From assembly GCA_042408205.1 (NCBI GenBank), contig JBHOQK010000025.1:1597-65596 (forward strand): a DNA stretch of 64,000 nucleotides. The letters run 5' to 3'. This stretch comes from Dehalococcoidia bacterium. Lineage in GTDB: Bacteria > Chloroflexota > Dehalococcoidia > GIF9 > DYGU01. Of this stretch, positions 37,136-45,593 are shown in pieces. A program made the position numbers and the translations under genes. The notes under the pieces were generated by a model, which saw only the letters and a list, made by a program, of their open reading frames with translations, was not told where the DNA came from and made no database searches. Position 1 is the first letter of the stretch; each line of letters opens with the position of its first letter.

Positions 37136-38457
37136 TAGTAATAAAACATGCTTTTCAGCCAGCGGAAAAAGCCAACTATGAGGCGGATGATAAGCCAGAG
37201 GCTGATAATGGCGGCTATAACGCCAGCAAGAACAAGGCTCCAGAGGGGGAAGAAGCCGACTTGGAAGGGGTGGGGGGCAATGACCCAGGGGCTTTCATTG
37301 CCAGCTCCATCCACGGCTTTTACTCTCCAATAATATCTTCCCGGAGGCATTTTCTCCTTCGTTTTATATTCAGGCTCCGTCAGTCCTGACCGCCTTAGAT
37401 AAGGGGGGAAGAAATTTAAGTCTTTGGCTACCTCCAAAGTATAACTAACGCCACTGGGGTCAGTGACTTTTGTCCAAGTGAAGGTAACCTGACTTCCTCC
37501 ATACCAATTAATACGGCTAGTGGGGGAAATGGGCATTGGGGCTGGTGGCGGTGTTCTTTCCAAGAATAAGGTCATATCTAAAGTAGCGGTATTGCCGGCA
37601 GTATCGGTAGCCGTAATAGTTGGTTTTAAAGTGGTGCCCATTCCTAAGGTAAAGGTAGCGGTAAAGGTGCCTAAGGAGTTAGTCTTTAGGGGGGAGGGGT
37701 CGGTAGTTATGGTAGTACCGTTATATTTTACGGTTACAGTGCGCTCCGCGCCAAAGCCTTTACCGGTGATAGTAATTGGTTTGCCTATTTCTGCCGGGGA
37801 GGGAGTGATGATAATCACTGGCTTGACTTCCAGTTTAAGAGGTGGCACCTCTTCCTCTGGGGTAGAAATACTGGAAGCGCGCAAGATATGATCCCCGGCA
37901 GTAGCTTCGGGTATGGTAACCTGGGTAGTAAAGCTGCCTAAGCTATTAACCAAAATATTGTCTTTAATAACCTGGCCATCCAGAGTTACTTTAGCTGTAT
38001 CATTAGCCACAAAACCCTTGCCCGTTACGGTAACTGTTCCCCCGGGTATAACGGTTTTTGGCTCTAAGAAAAGGCTTGGGGTAATGTAAAAAGCTGGAGC
38101 CACAATAGCGTCCCGAGCTCCGAGAGGGACGATGTATAGGGGATGGCGACCGTAATGGTCTTCAGGGATAGTGAAAGTGACGGAGAACTTTAAGGGATGG
38201 TCTAAAGGAGCTCCAGTTTTCCCCTCCACTAATTTTGGTCCGATCGTAGAGTTCCAGTGGACGCTAAAGGGGCTATCAGGGATATCAATACTCCCCTTAA
38301 GGTTAACCTGAGTTCCCACCGGACCTTGGGCTGGGGTTAAGGTGATGTTCTGGGCTAATGATGGTGCTGCAAAGAGTAAGAAGCTAACTATCAAAGCTAA
38401 GAAAATTACTCCTCTCAGGCTCACCATTTTAGATCTTACTAACCCCAGATTCATCAT
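37135..38457 (-). CDS. secreted IPT/TIG-like repeat protein with Fn3-like YYWRV module and TM anchor (paralog of 27438..29207)
   Basis: Signal peptide and repeats (LTPAQGPVGTQV..., EPKTVIPGGTVTVTGKGF...). The C-terminus is FTWTKVTDPSGVSYTLEVA...YYWRVKAVDGAGNESPW plus a hydrophobic helix. Confidence 0.65.
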   Translation of the reverse strand: MMNLGLVRSKMVSLRGVIFLALIVSFLLFAAPSLAQNITLTPAQGPVGTQVNLKGSIDIPDSPFSVHWNSTIGPKLVEGKTGAPLDHPLKFSVTFTIPEDHYGRHPLYIVPLGARDAIVAPAFYITPSLFLEPKTVIPGGTVTVTGKGFVANDTAKVTLDGQVIKDNILVNSLGSFTTQVTIPEATAGDHILRASSISTPEEEVPPLKLEVKPVIIITPSPAEIGKPITITGKGFGAERTVTVKYNGTTITTDPSPLKTNSLGTFTATFTLGMGTTLKPTITATDTAGNTATLDMTLFLERTPPPAPMPISPTSRINWYGGSQVTFTWTKVTDPSGVSYTLEVAKDLNFFPPYLRRSGLTEPEYKTKEKMPPGRYYWRVKAVDGAGNESPWVIAPHPFQVGFFPLWSLVLAGVIAAIISLWLIIRLIVGFFRWLKSMFYY

Positions 38458-38551
38458 CGCTTAGTTGCCCTCCAGACATCGGCTAAAATAACACCAAAGC
38501 AGGTGATGCTTACTATGTTGGCTTAAGTCTAATTCATTTTCTTTTCTTCTG

Positions 38552-38695
38552 TCAACTTTTGCACATTAGACCGACTGCTTTAATTCCCAATTCTTCAGCC
38601 AAACTTTGGGGTAAAACGGTTAAAGTAGCTCCGGTATCGGCTAGGGCAGTCACCTCTTTGATTCGGCTCTTGTCCAGATTCCCAACTTTTGTCAA
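38552..38695 (-). pseudogene. truncated retropepsin-like aspartyl protease fragment
   Basis: VTALADTGATLTVLPQSLAEELGI carries the D-T-G-A active-site motif. The frame stops about 20 codons later, and only a TTG start is available. Confidence 0.35.
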
Positions 38696-38706
38696 AGATT
38701 TGGGCA

Positions 38707-38740
38707 GAAAAAAAGAAGGGGTGGTCTTTGCCACCCCTTC
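38707..38740 (-). terminator. intrinsic terminator after the 1075-aa gene
   Basis: Perfect 10-bp stem gaaggggtgg/ccaccccttc with a 6-nt loop, followed on the minus strand by a T-run (ttttttttc). It begins 23 nt after the stop. Confidence 0.75.
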
Positions 38741-38763
38741 TTGCTTTTCCCAAGCAGGATGTA

Positions 38764-41700
38764 TTATGCCCGGCGACCAGTCCTGACGATGAGGATCAAG
38801 GTGACGATCACCAGGATAGCCCCGATGGCAATCACTGTCCACACCCAGGCCGGGGTTGGTGGTGGTGGTGCTGGTGGTTCCGGCGGTGGTGGTGGTGGTA
38901 GTTTCACCACCGTGAAGTTAGCCACTGGGCTGGGGTTGCCCACCGGGTCAATAGCCTGAACCTGCCAGAAGTAAGTGCCAGGGGCAAGGTCAGTGCCTAC
39001 CTGATAAGCCGGTGTGGTCACCTCTTTAGGCGTGCCATCAACAGTCTTGGTCAGGGCTGGGTCAGTGGCAATGACAATCTTATACTTCTTAGCCACAGTC
39101 CCGGGCTCCGGTGACCAGGAGAAGGCTGGCATAGCTTTCTCATCGTGCTTATAGGTCAAGGTAGCCCCATTTGCTGGAGATAGGATCAGAGGACCAAGGT
39201 GAGGCGCTCCTACCGGGACACCAGCCTCCACCATGAAGCTCCTCACCGCTGACCACGGGCTCAGGATAAGGTCACCAGTAACTTCGTCCCACACTCTGAC
39301 TCTCCAGTAATAGGTCTTGCCAGCCTCAAGGTTAAGTGTGATAGCACCGGTAGGACCGACAACCGCAGCCGGTTTCGCGACATCAGGCGGAGAGTAGTCA
39401 GTTTTATCCAGGAGGACCTGGGTAAATTCGGGATCCTTTGCTATCTGTATATGGTAACGTGTAGCCAGGTCAATGAAAGCCCAAGTTAAGGTAACATTGG
39501 CAGCTCTGCCTGAGACTGGGTCAATGCCAATCGTAGCTTTGTCTGCAGGTGTAGTCAAGTCAGGTCCAGCCTTGGATAAGGCATCCAGGTAGGCAACAAG
39601 TGTATCATCGCCGTTCAATGTCCAAACCAGGACACCATCAGATACCTTTATTGACTGGGGTTGGAGACTGAACATGCCACTAACGGTAGCTATATCCATC
39701 TGCGTCCACTCTGGTCCCGGTGGAATAGGAGTTGTTGGGTTAAGGGAACGATCAGCCCAACGGTTTGTTGAGTCACCAGCATAGAGGGTACCACAGTGAG
39801 TAGCCAAACCGGTTATGGTCCGATTATCGCCAGAGATGAGCGTTGACCAGACAGTGCTAACGCCGATAATCCAGCGCCCAATACCCTGACCAGCAGTAGC
39901 AGAACCAGCATAGATAATCTTGTTGGTATCGAAGTCCTTATCAGCAATTACCTCCACATTACCTGTACCCCAGGCAAGGGGGATGAGGGTGAAGCTGGCA
40001 CCACCATCAGTGGAATAGCTAACACGACCACTAGTGCCACCAACAAAGACGTTGCCCTTCTTATACACACTTATCATATTGGCAGCGCCAACCATGCTGT
40101 CCACAGGAATTGACCAAGTCCAACCAGCGTCGGTTGACTTAGCCACAAAGCCAGAAGTGCCATCGACACCATAAATAGTCAGTTTGTCTTCAACGGCTAA
40201 GTCCCTCAGGCTAGCGATATTGCTGGCTCGGGATCCCCAGGTTTCACCTTTATTGGTGGTAACACGAATCTTGTTTGAGTCGGTAGCCTCTATGTAATAA
40301 ACAACAGAGCCATCTGGGGTGTCAGGAGATGGTCTGATTTTGGCTAACCCATTGCCTGCCCAGGCTCGTGTCTCAACTCTTTCCCACCTTGTCCCGTGAG
40401 GGATAGTAGTGCTGCGGAATATACTGTCATAGGAAGCGGTACTCTGATTAGCAATAAAGACTACTGAGCCATCAGCGGATACACCGACATCAGTCAACTT
40501 TGAGTCGCCTGTGGCAATGTCGGTATCTATAAGCCCTCTTTGGTTAAAGGAAACACCATCATTAGTTGAAGCTGAGAAGGCTGTCTCGTCATTGGGCTCA
40601 GCCGCAACCAGGAAATTAGCTGTGTGTTTCTCAGGAACGCCAGTACTGGTAACGGCAAAAGCTATCTTGCCATCAGGGCTCCACCGGACAAAGGCATTAC
40701 CCGTTGGAGTTGTGCCTATAGTTTTGCCTCCGGTGGGTGGCTTAGCTGAGTCTAGCCAAGTGGGGAAACGAGCCTGTGGATCCATGGTACGTTTCACTTG
40801 GGTAAAGGGTGCTGCCCAACCCACTTGTCCAGCTAAAAGCTTACCTGTATCGCGCGTACCATGATAAGCCAGGCTGGTTATAGATAAATCAGCTCCAGCA
40901 TTAATGTCAAGCCGGAAAACAGTAACATTGTCAACGCGGTAAACATCGTCAGTAGCTGCTGCGTCTCCACCGCTATCAATGGTGAGCCACACCCGGCGCA
41001 TAGCTGCCTCAGCGAAGTTGGCGTCTGAAGGTATAGCCATGTCCGAAGTTCGCCACTGACCCTCCTTAGCTCCAACCGTGCCAGGTGGGTACTGCAGATT
41101 TACTGGCCACAGAGTATAAATAGCAGCCCCATTCCAGGCGGGCACAGCCCCTAAGTTGGCCGCCTGTAACCAGGCACTGGCAGCATCGTGAGTGATAGCC
41201 AATAGGGTTCTATCAAGTGGGAACGCGGGGGAGAACCGGACTGAGCTTACATCTGAATGTGTCCAACCGGCGATAGTAGGAGGAGGACCAGGGGTATAGC
41301 CCGGTATTTTCCACGAAGTGGCAACAGCCCCGACCTCAAGAATAGCCGCAAAACCATGCCCATTATCGTCACTAGTAAACCACTTGCCGTCAGTACCTTT
41401 ATCAATATCGTCAGGATCATATACACCCACGGCTACAGTGCGTATAGTGCCCAGACCACCAGGTATAGACTTGGCTATGTCAAGAGCCCTTGGGGCAATG
41501 CGAGCGTTAGCAGTAAGACCACCCCAAAGGTTTGGCAATGGACCGGTGTAGCCCCAGTTATGCCCGCCATCGTTGGAAATGACCACATACTGGTTAGCTA
41601 TTCCAGTGGCACTCTCCCCGGCAATAGCCACAAAATTGGGGTCATCAGGAGCTACGGCTATTGCCCAGAACTGAGTAAATGTTGCTGGTAAACCGGTAGC

Positions 41701-41991
41701 TGCCTGTACCCGAGCTGTTAAGTCAAGCCAAGTATAGCCACCATCGGAAGACTTCCAAAAGCGCGGGGCAGCTGCGCGACCGATGGCATAAATGATTTTG
41801 TCTGTAGCTACGCCGATCTGATAAATCTCTGTACCTGGAGCAATAACATTGTGAGTGGTACTCGGCGTTGTTATCACCCGCCACCTCATTGGCGTTGGTA
41901 CCTCAGCTTGAGCTGTTGGCGCCAACGGCACTAAGCTGACTACCAGTGTCAGGATGGCTAAACCAGCCAAGATTTTGGGAATTTTACTCAA
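38764..41991 (-). CDS. giant secreted Asp-box beta-propeller protein with two Fn3-like YYWRV modules, Pro-rich stalk and TM anchor
   Basis: 1075 aa, TTG start with SD aaaggagg, signal peptide. Asp-boxes (SSDGGYTW, SNDGGHNW, TTNKGETW, STDAGWTW, STDGGASF). Modules ending YYWRVRVWD and YFWQVQAID. The C-terminus is PPPPPPEPPAPPPPTPAWVW plus a helix plus RTGRRA. Confidence 0.65.
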   Translation of the reverse strand: MSKIPKILAGLAILTLVVSLVPLAPTAQAEVPTPMRWRVITTPSTTHNVIAPGTEIYQIGVATDKIIYAIGRAAAPRFWKSSDGGYTWLDLTARVQAATGLPATFTQFWAIAVAPDDPNFVAIAGESATGIANQYVVISNDGGHNWGYTGPLPNLWGGLTANARIAPRALDIAKSIPGGLGTIRTVAVGVYDPDDIDKGTDGKWFTSDDNGHGFAAILEVGAVATSWKIPGYTPGPPPTIAGWTHSDVSSVRFSPAFPLDRTLLAITHDAASAWLQAANLGAVPAWNGAAIYTLWPVNLQYPPGTVGAKEGQWRTSDMAIPSDANFAEAAMRRVWLTIDSGGDAAATDDVYRVDNVTVFRLDINAGADLSITSLAYHGTRDTGKLLAGQVGWAAPFTQVKRTMDPQARFPTWLDSAKPPTGGKTIGTTPTGNAFVRWSPDGKIAFAVTSTGVPEKHTANFLVAAEPNDETAFSASTNDGVSFNQRGLIDTDIATGDSKLTDVGVSADGSVVFIANQSTASYDSIFRSTTIPHGTRWERVETRAWAGNGLAKIRPSPDTPDGSVVYYIEATDSNKIRVTTNKGETWGSRASNIASLRDLAVEDKLTIYGVDGTSGFVAKSTDAGWTWSIPVDSMVGAANMISVYKKGNVFVGGTSGRVSYSTDGGASFTLIPLAWGTGNVEVIADKDFDTNKIIYAGSATAGQGIGRWIIGVSTVWSTLISGDNRTITGLATHCGTLYAGDSTNRWADRSLNPTTPIPPGPEWTQMDIATVSGMFSLQPQSIKVSDGVLVWTLNGDDTLVAYLDALSKAGPDLTTPADKATIGIDPVSGRAANVTLTWAFIDLATRYHIQIAKDPEFTQVLLDKTDYSPPDVAKPAAVVGPTGAITLNLEAGKTYYWRVRVWDEVTGDLILSPWSAVRSFMVEAGVPVGAPHLGPLILSPANGATLTYKHDEKAMPAFSWSPEPGTVAKKYKIVIATDPALTKTVDGTPKEVTTPAYQVGTDLAPGTYFWQVQAIDPVGNPSPVANFTVVKLPPPPPPEPPAPPPPTPAWVWTVIAIGAILVIVTLILIVRTGRRA

Positions 41992-42062
41992 TTTTTCCTC
42001 CTTTTTAGTTTAACTAACTTCAGTTAGTTCCTTCCTTTCGGTTCAGAACTAAGCTAAAGACC

Positions 42063-42098
42063 CTTGCCGAAATCGACCTTTTTATTTCTTTCGGCAAG
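42063..42098 (-). promoter_or_regulatory. 10-bp perfect hairpin in the leader of the 1075-aa gene
   Basis: cttgccgaaa / tttcggcaag arms with a 16-nt loop. Function unknown. Confidence 0.4.
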
Positions 42099-42324
42099 AG
42101 TTTTGGGAAAAAAACCCTTTTGGGCTTATTTTCCTGTTTTGATGAGTATTTATTAAGCCCGCCCATCCGGGCTACCCCAAGGATAATAACCTATGCCCCG
42201 GGTCAGGGCAAAACTTCCTTGCCTTGGCTTCCGCCGCGGCCTTTTGCCATAGCCTCACCTCCTTTCTAATACAAGTTTTGCCATTACCGTCAACCTTTCT
42301 TCTACCCTCTATATTTTATCATAA

Positions 42325-42337
42325 CTTGTCAAGACCC
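42325..42337. repeat. 13-nt direct repeat copy 1 (CTTGTCAAGACCC, contains the palindrome CTTGWCAAG)
   Basis: Exact copy of 42380..42392, with starts 55 nt apart, in the divergent intergenic region. Confidence 0.85.
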
Positions 42338-42379
42338 AATTTGTTAAAGAGCTACTTCTTCCACCACCATTTTACCACG

Positions 42380-42392
42380 CTTGTCAAGACCC
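42380..42392. repeat. 13-nt direct repeat copy 2 (CTTGTCAAGACCC)
   Basis: Exact copy of 42325..42337. Confidence 0.85.
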
Positions 42393-42448
42393 CCTTTTAT
42401 AACGAGGTACTAAGATCCCACAACCAATAAGCCCCGGTCATTTTTCCC

Positions 42449-42477
42449 TTGCTTAATTAGAACATAAGTGCTAAATT
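42449..42477 (+). promoter_or_regulatory. promoter of the portal/capsid module (TTGCTT-17-TAAATT) containing the conserved element TTAGAACATAAGTGCTAA (42457..42474)
   Basis: 17 of 18 positions of the element are identical to 24363..24380. The ATG at 42486 lies 8 nt after the -10 box. Confidence 0.5.
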
Positions 42478-42485
42478 ATTTGGTG

Positions 42486-42740
42486 ATGATAGAGTTAGAG
42501 GAATGGGAATATCGGGATGAGGGGTGTGAGGTATTTCATAGTTGTCTTAACTGTCCGTTACCGAGGTGTGTGGAGGAGGAGCCGCGGGGGCGGCAGAAGT
42601 TACGGCAGAGGTTGAGGGATGAGGTAATGAGGGATTTAAGGCGGCAGGGGAAGACGACGGCGGAAATTGCGGCTATTTTTGGGGTTAGTCCCAGGACAGT
42701 AAGACGGGCATTACATCGGAGCCGACATGACCAACTTTGA
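42486..42740 (+). CDS. small Cys-cluster + helix-turn-helix protein (regulator or small-terminase-like)
   Basis: C-x5-C-x2-C-x4-C cluster (CEVFHSCLNCPLPRC), then a basic region and the HTH TTAEIAAIFGVSPRTVRRAL. I prefer the ATG at 42486 to the GTG at 42468. Confidence 0.5.
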   Translation: MIELEEWEYRDEGCEVFHSCLNCPLPRCVEEEPRGRQKLRQRLRDEVMRDLRRQGKTTAEIAAIFGVSPRTVRRALHRSRHDQL

Positions 42741-44109
42741 CCCTCAGATATTAATCAATTTAGACCAAGACCGGCTTAGGCGGTATCGGGAGAACTTGGA
42801 TTTTTATAATGGCAACCAGTGGCAAGGCTCGTCTCGAGAGCGGCGTTTGGTGTTTAACTATGCTAAAGTGGCTATTGACAAAGTCACCAGCTACCTCTGC
42901 CAAGGCTTTAATTTTGCCGTTGACCCGGTCACTGCTGAAGCTACTGAAACTGCTCGCACCGCCGAACAAATCCTAAGACAAGTTTATGATGAAAATAATT
43001 TGGCTCAATTAGACTATGAAACCGAGATCGATACGGCGATTTTAGGGGATGGGTGTTACAAGGTTATCTGGGATATTAAGGAGAAGCGAGTTAAAGTTAC
43101 TGCTCCGGACGTCTCGGGCATTTTTGCCTGGTGGTGGGGGGATGATATTAGTCGAGTGTGGCGAGTGGCGTCTAAATATACTTTGTCCCAGGAGGAAGTC
43201 CAGTTAGCCTATGGGGTTAAGGCGCCGAAGAAGCAAACCACCATTATTGAAGTCTGGACAGATACGGATTTTGAGCTTTATATTGATAACCAGCTTCACC
43301 AAAAAAAGCCTAACCCTTATGGCTTTATCCCCTTCATCATCTTCCCTAACTTAAGACAGCCAAAACAGTTTTGGGGGATATCCGATATCCCGCCCTTAAT
43401 GGAAGCGCAGCGGGAGCTAAACCGAGCCATGTCTCAACTTTCCCGAATTTTAGAACTTTCCGGCAACCCTATTGCCGTCTTAGAAAATGTCGATACTGCC
43501 GAAGGCATTAAAGTCCAGCCTGGGGCTGTGTGGACACTTCCCGAAGATGCCCGAGCTTATCTTTTAGACCTGCTCCAAGGGGGTGGCGTCAGACTCCATA
43601 TCGACTATATCGAGCTACTTTACCGCTGCCTTCACGACCTCTCTGAAACCCCCAGAGCCGTTTTCGGCGGTATTGAACGAGAACTCTCCGGCGTTGCCCT
43701 GGAAATCGAAACCCAGTCCCTCCTCCAAAAAGTTAACCGAAAACGAACTATTAGAACCGCTGTCTATAAAAAGCGTAACTCGATGATATTATCTCTAATA
43801 CAAATGTTTAGCCAACACTCGTTCCCGGGTATTCGGCATCGGATAGTTTGGGGAGCAATAATACCTCAAGACAGGGCGCGACAAGTCCAGAATGAGCAGT
43901 TACTGGTTCAAGCTGGGGTTCATTCCCGGCGGCGGGCAATGGACGAATTAGGCATTGAGGATCCGGATCTGGAATTTGAGCGCTGGCTTGAGGAGCGGCG
44001 GCGGATTTTAGAGATGAACTTAGAATATCGAGCCCGGTCACGCCGTGGTGAGCGAGGGAGAGCTTTTGCCGCCGACATGACTGAGGCTTTACCAGAAATC
44101 CCAGATTAA
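42727..44109 (+). CDS. phage portal protein-like
   Basis: 460 aa. The N-terminal LRRYRENLDFYNGNQW block is typical of SPP1-gp6-type portals. It sits between the HTH gene and the scaffold/capsid genes. Confidence 0.7.
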   Translation: MTNFDPQILINLDQDRLRRYRENLDFYNGNQWQGSSRERRLVFNYAKVAIDKVTSYLCQGFNFAVDPVTAEATETARTAEQILRQVYDENNLAQLDYETEIDTAILGDGCYKVIWDIKEKRVKVTAPDVSGIFAWWWGDDISRVWRVASKYTLSQEEVQLAYGVKAPKKQTTIIEVWTDTDFELYIDNQLHQKKPNPYGFIPFIIFPNLRQPKQFWGISDIPPLMEAQRELNRAMSQLSRILELSGNPIAVLENVDTAEGIKVQPGAVWTLPEDARAYLLDLLQGGGVRLHIDYIELLYRCLHDLSETPRAVFGGIERELSGVALEIETQSLLQKVNRKRTIRTAVYKKRNSMILSLIQMFSQHSFPGIRHRIVWGAIIPQDRARQVQNEQLLVQAGVHSRRRAMDELGIEDPDLEFERWLEERRRILEMNLEYRARSRRGERGRAFAADMTEALPEIPD

Positions 44110-44121
44110 AGGAGGTTTATC

Positions 44122-44559
44122 GTGGTCGAAGAAACTACCACCACTAATGACAGTCTTACCTTAGACGAACGGGAAGCTATCACAGCCCAACTGGAAGCCG
44201 AAATTAAGGCAAAAAGGGAAAAAGACCAGACTATTATTAATCTCCAAGCCGAAATTAACCGCCTTACCCAGGAAAAAGACCTCTTAACCCAAGCCTTATC
44301 CCAGTCGGTGATGAAATATCGGGAGCTTATTATCTCTCAGCACCCTTATTTAGCCGATTTTATCCAAGGAAACTCAATAGAGGAAATTGATGCCTCTTTA
44401 GCCAAGGCTAAAGCTTTAATGGAGAAGGTAAGAACGGCTTTGGAGACAGAAATTAAGCAGGCTCAAGTTCCCGCCGGGGCTCCAGTAAGGCTTAACCTTA
44501 TCCCTGAAGGCTTAAGCCCCAGGGAGAAAATCGTCTATGGCATAAGCCAGAAAAGATAA
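44122..44559 (+). CDS. scaffolding-like coiled-coil protein
   Basis: 145 aa, highly charged and helical, immediately upstream of the capsid gene. Call is by position only. Confidence 0.4.
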   Translation: MVEETTTTNDSLTLDEREAITAQLEAEIKAKREKDQTIINLQAEINRLTQEKDLLTQALSQSVMKYRELIISQHPYLADFIQGNSIEEIDASLAKAKALMEKVRTALETEIKQAQVPAGAPVRLNLIPEGLSPREKIVYGISQKR

Positions 44560-44579
44560 AAAGGAAGGAGGTGATTTAA

Positions 44580-45521
44580 ATGGCAACAACGCTTGCTGAA
44601 TATGCCAAGCTGTCTCATGATGTTCTGCTTCAAGGCGTCATTGAGACTATCATTAAAGAAAGCCCTATTTTACAAAAACTTCCCTTTATTGAAATTGTTG
44701 GCAATGGTCTCACTTATAACCGAGAAAGAAGCCTCCCCCAAGCCAAATTTTACGCCGTGGATGCCACCTGGGATGCTCCACCTGCCTTAGAGTTTGACCA
44801 ACTCACGGCGGTGCTCAAAATTCTGGGGCAAGATGCTGATGTGGATAATTATGTCAAAGCTACCCGGTCTAATGTCCAGGATATTGAAGCGGCTATTATT
44901 GAGCTTACGGCTAAATCCGTCAGGCATCGGTTTGAGGAAACCTTTATCTACGGCACTACCACCAATTTTTTAGACATGACTGGGGATCCCAATGCCTTTG
45001 ATGGTCTTATCAAGCTCATTAACACCAGTCAAGCCTCAAGTCAGGTCATAACTATGGGTGGCACCGGCGCCAGTCTTACCCTGTCTAAGCTTGACGAGCT
45101 GATTGATGCCGTAAAAGGCGGTAAGCCTGACTTACTCTTAATGAGCCGGCGGAGTCGGCGGAAAATCAATGCCTTAGTCCGAGCCTCCGGAGCTTATCTG
45201 GAAACTGTCAAGGGGGAATTTGGGGAATTCATTCAGCTTTACAACGGCATCCCCATCGGTGTCTCTGACTTTATCCGAGATACCCATGTCTTAACCGGTG
45301 GCTATGAAACTGCCGTTACTGGTGGCACTTGTTCCACTATCTATGCTCTTTGTTTTGGGGAAGGTGCTATCTGTGGCATCACTGGTCCTGGGGGGCTTAT
45401 GGTAGAGAGAATTGGCTCCTTGGAGTCGAAAGATGCCACCAGAACCCGGATAAAGTGGTATTGTGCTATTGCTGACTTTTCTCAGGTTAAGCGGGCAGCT
45501 TTAATCGGTGTCCAAGACTAA
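44580..45521 (+). CDS. major capsid protein-like (HK97-fold family)
   Basis: 313 aa in the position after the scaffold gene. The block pattern (ESPILQKLPF, FDGLIKLI, LSKLDELIDAV, LLLMSRRSRRKINAL, RIKWY) recalls HK97-type capsid families. SD aaggaggtg. Confidence 0.6.
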   Translation: MATTLAEYAKLSHDVLLQGVIETIIKESPILQKLPFIEIVGNGLTYNRERSLPQAKFYAVDATWDAPPALEFDQLTAVLKILGQDADVDNYVKATRSNVQDIEAAIIELTAKSVRHRFEETFIYGTTTNFLDMTGDPNAFDGLIKLINTSQASSQVITMGGTGASLTLSKLDELIDAVKGGKPDLLLMSRRSRRKINALVRASGAYLETVKGEFGEFIQLYNGIPIGVSDFIRDTHVLTGGYETAVTGGTCSTIYALCFGEGAICGITGPGGLMVERIGSLESKDATRTRIKWYCAIADFSQVKRAALIGVQD

Positions 45522-45593
45522 ACTAAGCGGGGGTAAAGCTGGGGATGAGCATAAGCTTAGCTTTACCCCCATTAAAAACTTATAAGGAGATAA

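Noticed and set aside
38689-38959. Plus-strand Gly/Trp-rich ORFs (e.g. ...GRGWWWWCWWFRRWWWW).
   Set aside because: They are the antisense reading of the Pro-rich stalk (CCN repeats) of the 1075-aa gene, so they are an artefact of codon repetition.
42203-42250. 15-codon ORF MAKGRGGSQGKEVLP with a perfect SD, as a real peptide gene.
   Set aside because: It is too short to support from sequence alone, so I mention it only as part of the leader region. It needs ribosome profiling or conservation evidence.
42325-42392. The two TTGACA-containing 13-mers as the promoters of the giant surface-protein gene.
   Set aside because: No acceptable -10 hexamer lies 16 to 18 nt downstream of either copy on the minus strand, so I treat them as candidate protein-binding repeats.
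44580-45521. Capsid-like ORF as an encapsulin shell protein.
   Set aside because: It is flanked by portal-like and scaffold-like genes, a terminase-like gene shares its promoter element, and no cargo-type enzyme with a targeting peptide is adjacent.
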